Assembly: GCA_030532225.1 (NCBI GenBank)
Contig: JAUNLQ010000003.1
Coordinates: 77,715-141,714, forward strand
From: Bacillota bacterium
GTDB taxonomy: Bacteria; Bacillota; Clostridia; Tissierellales; Peptoniphilaceae
Length of the DNA stretch: 64,000 nt
Direction of reading: 5' to 3'
The position numbers and the translations under genes are program-made. The notes beneath the pieces are model-generated. The model worked only from the letters and a program-made list of their open reading frames with translations, was not told the origin of the DNA and did not search any database. This document shows, one piece after another, positions 1 through 8,510 of this stretch. Position 1 is the first letter of the stretch. Every line of letters starts with the position of its first letter.

Positions 1-450
1 TTCATAAATGTCATCAAAGGCTTGGTCCCAAGTGATTTCTTCCCAAGTATCTGGACCAGTTTTTCTCATTGGAGTCTTTAGTCTGTCTTCGTCATAAAGT
101 TGGGCAACTCCAGCATTTCCCTTGGCACAAAGGGCTCCACCTGAAACTGGACACTTAGGGTTTGGTTCCATTCTCTTTACTATGCCTTCTTGGTCTACAA
201 CTCCAATAGCTGCACAGTTAATCGCACACATATAACAAGAAGTAGGGATCTTAGTCACCTTTTCCTCTGTATATGTAAAAGGATAGTTTCTGTGGTCAGT
301 TGATTTTTTTGGAGCATTGTTAATTCTTTTTGGTTCAGTAAAATATTCTGTAGAACATCCTGTTAAAACTGCAGTAGAAGCTACAGCAAGGCCTGAAGCC
401 TTAAGAAATTTTCTTCTGGAAATTTCCTTATTCCACATATCCTTTAGCAT
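1..450 (-). CDS. Molybdopterin oxidoreductase catalytic subunit (PsrA/PhsA-like, DMSO reductase family), 5' part only; Tat signal plus lipobox
   Basis: Not in the ORF track. Manual translation: MLKDMWNKEISRRKFLKASGLAVASTAVLTGC...CYMCAINC...NPKCPVSGGALCAKGNAGVAQLYDEDRLKTPM...EITWDQAFD. SRRKFLK Tat motif, LTGC lipobox, CxxCxxxC..C Fe4S4 motif; AGGAGG RBS and TAATG overlap with the upstream gene. Runs off the window. Confidence 0.88.
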   Translation of the reverse strand, partial: MLKDMWNKEISRRKFLKASGLAVASTAVLTGCSTEYFTEPKRINNAPKKSTDHRNYPFTYTEEKVTKIPTSCYMCAINCAAIGVVDQEGIVKRMEPNPKCPVSGGALCAKGNAGVAQLYDEDRLKTPMRKTGPDTWEEITWDQAFDDIYE

Positions 451-1019
451 TATTTTTCCTCCTCTAAAATATAATAAACATTTGGTTCAAAATCTTCTGT
501 TCCATTGTCTAAATAAGCATCTAGTCTTACTACATTGCCTTCAGCAACAAGCTTAGAAACTTCAGAATTAGGGTCATCTAGGTCACCAAAAATTCTACAC
601 TTAGTTGGACAAGTTCCTACACAAATTGGTTGGCCGCCAAATTCAACTAAATTGGCACAGAAAGAGCATTTTACAGCTACCTTGTCTTCTGCATTCATAG
701 ACCTAGCCCCATAAGGACAAGCCTTAACACACATAGAACAACCAATACAATTTTCTGGATTAATAAGTACATAGCCTTCAGGAGTTCTGAAAGTGGCATC
801 TTCCACAGGACAAACATCTACACATTGTGGATTAGAACAGTGGGCACAAAGTTGAGGAGTAAAATCTAATTTTAGATCTGGAAAATCTCCTGATTCCTCT
901 ACATTAACCCAATTAAGTTTATTTTCTGCTGGCATGTCATAGTTTTGTTGACAAGCGACAACACAGGCATTACAGCCAATACATTTTTTCTTATCAAATA
1001 TCATTGCATATCTTGACAT
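450..1019 (-). CDS. 4Fe-4S dicluster electron-transfer subunit (PsrB/DmsB/NrfC-like)
   Basis: CIGCNACVVAC, CAHCSNPQCVDVCP, CIGCSMCVKACPYGA and KCSFC...CVGTCPT motifs; GDLDDPNSEVS tail. Confidence 0.92.
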   Translation of the reverse strand: MSRYAMIFDKKKCIGCNACVVACQQNYDMPAENKLNWVNVEESGDFPDLKLDFTPQLCAHCSNPQCVDVCPVEDATFRTPEGYVLINPENCIGCSMCVKACPYGARSMNAEDKVAVKCSFCANLVEFGGQPICVGTCPTKCRIFGDLDDPNSEVSKLVAEGNVVRLDAYLDNGTEDFEPNVYYILEEEK

Positions 1020-1022
1020 TTC

Positions 1023-2105
1023 TTACCTCCTATTATTACCTCTTCTATTTTTTCTTCTAAGGGCACAAGCTAGGCAGTAGCCCTCTTCATTAAGATCGCT
1101 AGTATTTGTCTTACAGCCCTTACAAAGAGCTTTTTCCTTTTTATAAAGATGCTTTTTTTCAAAATCCTTTAAAAGAGCTTTAGTAAAAATATTACTTGGA
1201 CACTTTTCTAAACAACGGCCACAGAAATTGCACAAGTCTGGATCAAAGCTTAAAATATCAGCCTCCTTGTTAGACTCAACCTTCAAGGCTCCACTAGGAC
1301 AAAAAGTTTGGCAGGTCCTACAAAACACACAAGGCTTTTCAATATCCAAGCTATAAACAAAGGGCAGATAAAGACCTAGGTCCTTACCATCCTTAACAGC
1401 TTTTTTTAAGAGAATTTTTATTAAAGTGTCTAGGTCTTCTTCCCTTTCTAGGTCTAAACCTAAGCTTTTAGAAGTGGACCTTACAGAAGACTTGGCCAAA
1501 TCCTCTGTAGTCTTAAAGATATTCTTAAAAAGATCTCTCCTTGACAAATCTTCATCTAACTTGTCCTTAAAGCTTTCAAAAGAAATTTTCAAATTTTCCC
1601 CTTGAGCCTTCTCCCTAAAATCTTCTATTAAAGCCTTAGTATCCCAGCCTAGGTCCTTGTACTGGCACTGGTCACAGTGGGAAAAGTCCATAAAAACCTG
1701 GGCCTTTAAATCAGCTGCAAAAATTCCAGCCAAAAACCTAGGATCAATAGTCCTTAGACAACCAAAGTTCACATCAGCCTTAGACTTATTTTCCATACAA
1801 GTACAAGAAAAGCTAGTAAGATTTTCATCTAGGGCCTTATTAATAAAGGCTAAATAAGGTCTGTCAGGAGACTTTAAGGTCCTAGAATAACAAGCCGTCA
1901 CACAAAGGTTGCAGCCAGTACACTTTAAAGGATCAACATAAACCCCCTGGTCAGTAAGACTAAGAGCCTTCTCAGGACAAATATCAAAGCACCTAGTGCA
2001 CTTATCCTTTTCCTTCCTAGATCGAAGACAAGTATTTGAAATAGAATCAATTTTTTTCTTGAAAGTCTCATCTAAGAGACTTCCTATAACAAGTCTTTCT
2101 ATCAT
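1023..2105 (-). CDS. Polyferredoxin / multi-4Fe-4S protein
   Basis: Several CxxCxxxCP and CxxCxxCxxxC motifs; first gene of the molybdoenzyme operon. Confidence 0.85.
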   Translation of the reverse strand: MIERLVIGSLLDETFKKKIDSISNTCLRSRKEKDKCTRCFDICPEKALSLTDQGVYVDPLKCTGCNLCVTACYSRTLKSPDRPYLAFINKALDENLTSFSCTCMENKSKADVNFGCLRTIDPRFLAGIFAADLKAQVFMDFSHCDQCQYKDLGWDTKALIEDFREKAQGENLKISFESFKDKLDEDLSRRDLFKNIFKTTEDLAKSSVRSTSKSLGLDLEREEDLDTLIKILLKKAVKDGKDLGLYLPFVYSLDIEKPCVFCRTCQTFCPSGALKVESNKEADILSFDPDLCNFCGRCLEKCPSNIFTKALLKDFEKKHLYKKEKALCKGCKTNTSDLNEEGYCLACALRRKNRRGNNRR

Positions 2106-2233
2106 AAAATCACTTTCTATATATCTAAAAATTCATAAATAATTATAGCACAAAAAATAAAAATTTGCTAATTCCTTGTCAAAGTTTTGAGTGAAAATAA
2201 TATTAGAATAGATATTGTTTTTTTTATTTTTTA

Positions 2234-2914
2234 GCTTCGCCGATTGCTAGTTTAATTATAATTAAATAATATATTTTTCTTTTGAGTTACTTTGGCTTGC
2301 TTCGCCGTTACTGTATTTTTTCCGACTCAAAATTCTCTTCTTTAATTAACATATTCTCAACGTCGGAAGGGGAACTAAGGAGACCTAGGCAGTCGAACTC
2401 CTCTTAATTATTTTTATTGTTCCAGCTTCGCCATATTCCAACTTTTTGCGACTCATAATCTTCTACTTAAATTAACAGATTCTCAACGTCGGAAGGGGAA
2501 CTAAGGGGAGCCGAACCCCCTCACGTTCCCCTCCCCGACACCCCACCCCTTCCTACACCCACTTCGGCCACTGCGTGGGGCTATGAGAAGAAAGACTTGA
2601 TTTCGACAATTAGTTGTTACTTTTTTTCTAGGGTGGACGTCCTTGTAAGTAAATTGCTTCGCAATTTGGGGCTTTTGCCCCTGTAGGGCTAAGGATTATT
2701 TTGAAATTTCCATTTGTTTATCAAACTCAAAGATTTTGACTAGGACTTCAAACCCCCGAATCCTTTCCCTCCCGACACCTACCCCTTCCTTCACCCGCTT
2801 GACCCATTGCATGGAGCTGTGTGAGATTGAAACATTTTCTGTAATATCCGTACTTTTATCTAAGATATTTTTCTTCCTTGTATCTTAAATTGCTAACGCA
2901 ATTTTAGCTTCGCC
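2234..2914. repeat. Composite GC-rich degenerate repeat with hairpins
   Basis: 28-bp identical repeat at 2353-2380 and 2479-2506; a second duplicated block at 2514-2587 and 2751-2825; GCTTCGCC four times; AAATTGC..GCAATTT hairpins at 2651-2667 and 2887-2904. Confidence 0.8.
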
Positions 2915-2946
2915 TTTGTCTTACTTTATTTTGTTTTTGTAAACAT

Positions 2947-2978
2947 AAAAAAACACCGATAGTAAAAATCGGTGTTTC
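2947..2978 (-). terminator. Intrinsic terminator of rpsD
   Basis: AAACACCGAT..ATCGGTGTTT stem with a U-tract on the minus strand. Confidence 0.8.
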
Positions 2979-2986
2979 CTCTTTCA

Positions 2987-3583
2987 TTAGATAAGTCTTG
3001 AGTAAAATTCTACTACTAGGTTATCTTGGATTTCAATTGGTACTTCGCTTCTTTCTGGGTATCTTACATACACTCCTTGGAAGTTTTCTTCTTTTGTTAG
3101 GTATGGTAGATTGTTTAAGAAAGCTGCTTGGTAATTTTCTTTGAACATTTCGTTCTTTCTAGCTTTTTCTTTTAATGAAATCTTTTGTCCTGGTGTTACT
3201 TGGAATGATGGAATGTCTACTTTCTTTCCATCTACTAGAACTAAACCATGGTTAACCATTTGTCTAGCTTGTCTAATTGATGATGCAAAGCCTAATCTAT
3301 ATACTAGGTTGTCTAGTCTAGATTCTAGTTGTCTTACTAATACATCACCTGTTGGTTCTGTTGAGTTTAGAGCTTTTTCTACATAGGCTCTAAATTGTTT
3401 TTCCATAACATTGTAGTATTCTCTTAGTCTTTGTTTTTCTAAAAGTTGCATACCATATTCGGTTTGCTTTTTGTCGTTTCTTCCTTGGCCCTTGCCCATT
3501 CTCTTGTTGGCTTTTGCTAGGCCATAAACATTTAGTCCAAGACGTCTAACTTGTTTACATCTTGCTGATCTCATTCTTGCCAT
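2987..3583 (-). CDS. rpsD: 30S ribosomal protein S4 (stand-alone, lacks Zn-ribbon cysteines)
   Basis: EYGMQLLEKQRLR, LESRLDNLVYRLGFA..RQARQMVNHG, VVEFYSR. Confidence 0.96.
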   Translation of the reverse strand: MARMRSARCKQVRRLGLNVYGLAKANKRMGKGQGRNDKKQTEYGMQLLEKQRLREYYNVMEKQFRAYVEKALNSTEPTGDVLVRQLESRLDNLVYRLGFASSIRQARQMVNHGLVLVDGKKVDIPSFQVTPGQKISLKEKARKNEMFKENYQAAFLNNLPYLTKEENFQGVYVRYPERSEVPIEIQDNLVVEFYSRLI

Positions 3584-3670
3584 TTTTTAATACATCCTTT
3601 TCATAAATTATTTGCCGCGATAATTTATTCCAACATTTATAATATAATAGTTTGAATATTTTGTAAAGGG

Positions 3671-4069
3671 TTATTTTTCTTTTTTCTCTGTTTTTAGCTC
3701 TGCAATTGCTTCTACTTCTACTTTGTAGCCATTATGAAGGGGCAAAACTGGTATTATGGTCCTTGCTGGTTTGTGATGGCCCATAAATTTTTTATAAAGT
3801 TGGTTAATTTGGTACCAGTCGTTACCATCTGCTACTAAGATTGTGACTTTTAATATATCTTCTATGTCTGCTCCTGCTGAGTTTAAGGCTGCCTTTAGGT
3901 TTTTTAAGACTTGTTTAAACTGAGTTTCTAAGTCTCCTGTTACTATTTTGTTAGTCCTGTAGTCTACTGGAACTTGGCCTGATACATATACTATGCCTGC
4001 TTCAGATACTACAACTGGGCTAAAATGGCCTGCTGGTGGTCTTGTGTCTTGGATTTGTACTAATTTCAT
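3671..4069 (-). CDS. RidA/YjgF family protein
   Basis: VYVSGQVP, KPART and VEVEAIA motifs. Confidence 0.9.
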   Translation of the reverse strand: MKLVQIQDTRPPAGHFSPVVVSEAGIVYVSGQVPVDYRTNKIVTGDLETQFKQVLKNLKAALNSAGADIEDILKVTILVADGNDWYQINQLYKKFMGHHKPARTIIPVLPLHNGYKVEVEAIAELKTEKKEK

Positions 4070-4084
4070 TTTCTTCCTCCTATT

Positions 4085-5056
4085 TTAATATCCCTTCCAT
4101 CTTAAGTCCTGACCAATAAATTCATATATATCAAAACTATCTAAGATCCTGGAATATACCCTGTCTGTGTAAATTTTAGATATGTCTCCTGGACTTAGGT
4201 TAGTTGATATTATCATCTTTTTTTGTCCTAATTTTCTAGTGTTAATTAGATTAAATACTTCTGCTGTTGAAAAGGCGTTGGGAACTTCTGTGCCTAAATC
4301 ATCTATTATAAGCAGGTCTGCTTCTAGGAGATAGTCGTATTTTTTCTTGGCTTCTACTAGGTCTTCTGTTTTGCCGAATTTGTATTCTCCTATAAGATCC
4401 ATTAGCCTGTGGGCTGTTTGGTAGATTACTGTGTAGCCTAAGTCTAGTATTTCCTTGGCTATACAGTTGGTCATAAAGGTTTTTCCTAGGCCTGTTGTCC
4501 CATAAAAAAGTAGGTTGTATTCTTCTGGGTCTTCAAAGTTTCTAATAAATTTTCTAGCTCCGTCCATAATTTCTTTCATATTTTCCCTTGGACTTAGGTC
4601 CTGGCCTGGAGAAACTTGGTCTGAAAATACATTAAAGTCAAAACTTTGGAAATTTTCTTTGGCTAGAATTTTGTCTAAGTTGGACATTTTGTAGGCTTCT
4701 TTTATTAGTCTTTGGTTAAAACAGCTACAGGTTTCAGAGCCAATAAAGCCTGTGTCCTTGCACTTTTCACATTCATAAACTGGGTCCAAGTAGTTTTCTT
4801 CATAGCCATGGCTAAGAAGGAGATTTTTCTTGGCCAGCCTAAAGTCTTCTAGCTGGTCTTCATAGGCTTGTTCTTTGCCTAAGGCTAGCTTTCTTGCTAC
4901 TTTAAGTGTGTAGGCCATTTCTTCTTTTTCTATTTGTTGCAAAAGTGGTATCTTTTCTAAAAGTTCTTTTTCTTTGGCCCTTTTTATTTGGTCAATTCTG
5001 TCTTGTTTCAGTCTATATTCTTCTAGAATTTTTTGGTAAATGGTCTTTGATGTCAT
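4085..5056 (-). CDS. Helicase loader ATPase (DnaI/DnaC-like)
   Basis: CEKCKDTG..C.C zinc motif, Walker A GTTGLGKT, LLIIDDLG, IISTNL, DRVYSRI; located next to dnaD and dnaB. Confidence 0.88.
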   Translation of the reverse strand: MTSKTIYQKILEEYRLKQDRIDQIKRAKEKELLEKIPLLQQIEKEEMAYTLKVARKLALGKEQAYEDQLEDFRLAKKNLLLSHGYEENYLDPVYECEKCKDTGFIGSETCSCFNQRLIKEAYKMSNLDKILAKENFQSFDFNVFSDQVSPGQDLSPRENMKEIMDGARKFIRNFEDPEEYNLLFYGTTGLGKTFMTNCIAKEILDLGYTVIYQTAHRLMDLIGEYKFGKTEDLVEAKKKYDYLLEADLLIIDDLGTEVPNAFSTAEVFNLINTRKLGQKKMIISTNLSPGDISKIYTDRVYSRILDSFDIYEFIGQDLRWKGY

Positions 5057-6066
5057 TTTGATCTACGCCTTTTTCTAATGGTCTTGGCCATTTGGTTTAA
5101 TTCTTCTTCTGTATAGTTTTGGCTTTGGCCTTCAAAGTTGTTAAAGTTGTTTTTTGTTTGCTTAGCTGTTGGGCTTGGTTTTATGTCTTTTTCTTCTATG
5201 TCTTTTTCTGTTTGGATGCCCATTTTCCTCCATTTTGTTAAGATGGAGTTTACATAGTTTATTGATGGTTTAGGGATTTGGGCCGTTCTTTTTATGGCCT
5301 GGTCTATTAGGTCTTCTCCATAGCCATATTGGTCGTACCAAGAGTTTATTAGTTGGATTTCTGGTTCTGATACCATCCTGTATTGGAGGCCTAATTTTCT
5401 TAAGATTTTATTTTTGCGGACGTATTTTTCGTCTGATTTTTTTATTTCTTCTTCTATTTCTTCTATGGTTCCTAGGCCCTTGTCATACCAAGATATTATT
5501 ACTGCCCTTACATAGTTTACTGAAATCTTGCCCTTTTTTTCTGTACAGTATTCAAAGGCCATGGCTATCATATCTGGTCCCATGTTGTACTGGCTAATCC
5601 AAGATAAGATCTCCATTTTTTCTGTTGGTGTAGTGGTCCTTCTCATATAATAATCTATTTCATTGAACATGGCCCTTATTGACTTAGATTCCATTTGCCT
5701 TACTAGATTATCTGTAGGACTTTTTTCTGGGACTTTGTTTTGGTCACTAATATTTTTTATATAGTAGGACCTTAAGGACAAGAATTTAATGTCATAGGTC
5801 CCATCTAGGTTTATGTATTTTTCTACTAGGCCTTCTTGTTCCCAGTAGTTCCAAGCATTTTCCACATCTATTAGGTCAAGATTTAAGTTAGTAGCTAGGA
5901 TTTCGTTAGAAAGTTGAAATTCACTTTGGCTATCCTTGTGTTTATAGGCATACAAATAAACCTTTACAAAGTTGCCATTTGCCACTGGCATAAAATCCTC
6001 TATAAAGATATTTTCAACTTGGGTTGTGTCAAGGTCTATTGGTGTTTTTTCAACTGTAAATTTCAA
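5053..6066 (-). CDS. DnaD domain replication protein
   Basis: FVKVYLY N-terminus and two DnaD-like YV..I...W motifs (NYVRAVIISW, NYVNSILTKW). Confidence 0.87.
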   Translation of the reverse strand: MKFTVEKTPIDLDTTQVENIFIEDFMPVANGNFVKVYLYAYKHKDSQSEFQLSNEILATNLNLDLIDVENAWNYWEQEGLVEKYINLDGTYDIKFLSLRSYYIKNISDQNKVPEKSPTDNLVRQMESKSIRAMFNEIDYYMRRTTTPTEKMEILSWISQYNMGPDMIAMAFEYCTEKKGKISVNYVRAVIISWYDKGLGTIEEIEEEIKKSDEKYVRKNKILRKLGLQYRMVSEPEIQLINSWYDQYGYGEDLIDQAIKRTAQIPKPSINYVNSILTKWRKMGIQTEKDIEEKDIKPSPTAKQTKNNFNNFEGQSQNYTEEELNQMAKTIRKRRRSK

Positions 6067-6655
6067 AGTTAAAATCCTCTTTTCTTAGTTCCATCTTATA
6101 AACATAATTATATAGAACACTTCCCTTTTTCACAAAGGCATCTTGGTGGTCCAAGTATTCCTGTGAGTCTGGGTCTATGGTCAAATTTGGATAAGGCTCT
6201 AGGTGCTGAGATACTTTTTTAAAGCCTACTTTTTTATAAAGTTTCAAGGCCCTGTCATTGTAGGCTGCAACTAAAAGCTTCATTTTCTTCATAGACTTTT
6301 CATTAAAATAATAGTCTAAAAACTTTGGAAGAACAACAGATCCAAAGCCTAAGCCAACTAGGGATGGGTTAAGAACTAGGCCTAAGGTTGAAGACCTAGT
6401 TAGCCAGTTTATGTTTTTGTTGCCTAAAAAACCTATTACTTCTTCTGCATAAATTATAGCAAAATATGAATTTAAAGGAGGCAGGGTCTTTTCTAAATAG
6501 AATAGACTACACTGGCTTTGGTTGGAGAAATTAAAGTTATAGTCTTGAAAAAGCTGGGACTGGTGTCTGCCCCAATTCATCATCTTCAAAACATGGTCTA
6601 GTTTTAGTGGCTCAAAATATATATAGTCTGGTCTAATTGCTAGGCGGTCCCTCAT
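6050..6655 (-). CDS. GNAT family (RimJ/RimL-type) acetyltransferase
   Basis: GLGFGS, V..YNDRALKLYKKVGF; start moved to ATG 6655, which follows a GAAGGGG RBS. Confidence 0.82.
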   Translation of the reverse strand: MRDRLAIRPDYIYFEPLKLDHVLKMMNWGRHQSQLFQDYNFNFSNQSQCSLFYLEKTLPPLNSYFAIIYAEEVIGFLGNKNINWLTRSSTLGLVLNPSLVGLGFGSVVLPKFLDYYFNEKSMKKMKLLVAAYNDRALKLYKKVGFKKVSQHLEPYPNLTIDPDSQEYLDHQDAFVKKGSVLYNYVYKMELRKEDFNFEIYS

Positions 6656-7988
6656 GTGTGTCCCCTTCTTTGTTGACAAATTTTGTATATTGGCCAAGGA
6701 AGGTAAGCTTAATGGCTCCTGTAGGTCCATTTCTGTGCTTGGCTATAATTACTTCTCCTACGTTTTTATCTTCAGTTTCTGGATTGTAGTATTCGTCTCT
6801 ATAAAGAAACAAAACTACGTCAGCATCTTGTTCTATGGCTCCAGATTCACGAAGGTCTGATAGAATCGGTCTTTTGTCCTGTCTAGCTTCTGTGGCTCTT
6901 GACAACTGGGACAAGGCTATTACTGGAACTTCTAACTCCTTGGCTATAGCTTTAAGATTTCTTGAAATTGCTGAAATTTCTTGGGTTCTATTTTCATTTC
7001 TACCTGTCATTTCCATTAGCTGCAAGTAGTCTATTACTATTAGGTCCAGGCCTTCTTGGGCCTTTAGCTTTCTGGCCTTGGCCTTTAGTTCCAAGGGGCT
7101 AATGCCTGCTGTATCGTCTATATAAATAGGTAGTTTTTCTACTGCAGAAGTTCCCCTTAATAGTTTAGGATAATCATCTGTTTCTAGCTTACCTGATATA
7201 ATCTTTTGTAGCTCTAACAAGCCTAAAGATGAAATCATTCTTTGGACTAGCTGATTTTCGCTCATTTCTAGGGAGAAGACAGCAACCTTATAGCCTTCTG
7301 CTGCTGCATTTACAGCAAAATTTACCATAAGGGCAGTTTTCCCCATTGATGGTCTAGCTGCTAAAAGGACTAGGTCAGATTTTTGGAAGCCTGAAAGCTT
7401 ACGGTCTAAATCTATAAAGCCTGAAGTAATTCCAGTTAAATCAGATTTTGATTCCATTCTCTTTTCTAAGGCATCAAAGGTGTCTATAAGAATTTTATAG
7501 ACTGGATTTAGGCCCTTAGAATGTAGATTTTGGCTAACATCAAAAATTCCCTTTTCTGCAAATTCTAAAATAGTTCCAACTTCTTCTGCATCTTCATAGG
7601 CATGGTCCAAGATTTGGGACGAGGTTTCTATAAGCCTTCTTAGGGTAGACTTGTCTTTTACTATTTTTAGGTAGTATTCTATATTTAAAGTTGTAACAAC
7701 TTGGTTAGTCAAATCTCCTAAATAAGCCACTCCCCCTATTTCTTCTAGCTTGTCCATTTTCCTAAGTTCATCCATTACTGTTATTAGGTCTATTGGGGCT
7801 GATTTTGAAGATAGGCTTACCATAGCCCTAAAAATTTCACTATGGGCTGGATTATAAAAATCCTCTGGCCTTATTAGTTCCAAGGCTGCATCGATTTTGT
7901 CTCCTGATAACAAAAGTATGCCTAGAACATTTTGTTCAGCTTCATTTGAGTAAGGTGGAATTCTACCAAGGGTGGTTTTTTCAGCCAT
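6633..7988 (-). CDS. dnaB: Replicative DNA helicase
   Basis: AARPSMGKT, FSLEM, IDYLQL, LSQLSR, SDLRESGAIEQDAD, AKHRNGPTG. Confidence 0.97.
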   Translation of the reverse strand: MAEKTTLGRIPPYSNEAEQNVLGILLLSGDKIDAALELIRPEDFYNPAHSEIFRAMVSLSSKSAPIDLITVMDELRKMDKLEEIGGVAYLGDLTNQVVTTLNIEYYLKIVKDKSTLRRLIETSSQILDHAYEDAEEVGTILEFAEKGIFDVSQNLHSKGLNPVYKILIDTFDALEKRMESKSDLTGITSGFIDLDRKLSGFQKSDLVLLAARPSMGKTALMVNFAVNAAAEGYKVAVFSLEMSENQLVQRMISSLGLLELQKIISGKLETDDYPKLLRGTSAVEKLPIYIDDTAGISPLELKAKARKLKAQEGLDLIVIDYLQLMEMTGRNENRTQEISAISRNLKAIAKELEVPVIALSQLSRATEARQDKRPILSDLRESGAIEQDADVVLFLYRDEYYNPETEDKNVGEVIIAKHRNGPTGAIKLTFLGQYTKFVNKEGDTHEGPPSN

Positions 7989-8016
7989 AAATCTTTCCTT
8001 TACTTTCTATAGATAG

Positions 8017-8049
8017 ACATAGAGAATAGTTAGTTCCTATTCTCTATGT
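8017..8049. terminator. Long hairpin between rplI and dnaB
   Basis: ACATAGAGAATAG / CTATTCTCTATGT 13-bp perfect stem; no clear U-tract. Confidence 0.55.
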
Positions 8050-8063
8050 TTTAGTGCAATATT

Positions 8064-8510
8064 TTACTTTGTTTGAACATTAACCTTTAGTGTAGCTACA
8101 ACTTCTGGATACACTCTAACTTCTACTTGGTGAAGACCTGCAGTTTTAATTGGCTCTTTAAGTTCGATTTTTTTCTTGTCAACAGAAAGTTTTTCTTGTT
8201 TTAGTAGGGCCTTAGAAATTTCAGCATTAGTAACTGAACCAAAAAGCTTGCCTGTGGCTCCGCCTTTTCCTTCAAGTTCAAGGGTAATGCCTTCTAGCTT
8301 TTCTTTTAGTTCTTGGGCACCTTGTAAAGCCAATCTTTCTTCTTCTTCAAGTCTAGCTTGTTCTTCCTTCCAGTTTTCAACATTTTCTGGAGTAGCTTCG
8401 ATTGCTATATTTCTTGGAAGCAAATAGTTTCTAGCATAGCCGTCTTTGGCCTCTACCATTTCTCCTGCTTTCCCAACGTTTTTATAGTCCTTCAGTAGTA
8501 TTATCTTCAT
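8064..8510 (-). CDS. rplI: 50S ribosomal protein L9
   Basis: MKIILL..GKAGE..KDGYARNYLLP, GKLFGSVT. Confidence 0.97.
   Translation of the reverse strand: MKIILLKDYKNVGKAGEMVEAKDGYARNYLLPRNIAIEATPENVENWKEEQARLEEEERLALQGAQELKEKLEGITLELEGKGGATGKLFGSVTNAEISKALLKQEKLSVDKKKIELKEPIKTAGLHQVEVRVYPEVVATLKVNVQTK

Noticed and set aside
2299-2506. 28-bp direct repeats as CRISPR
   Set aside because: Only two copies, and the flanking DNA is also duplicated rather than unique spacer.
4085-5056. IS21 IstB helper ATPase
   Set aside because: No IstA transposase or terminal repeats; the context next to dnaD and dnaB indicates a helicase loader.
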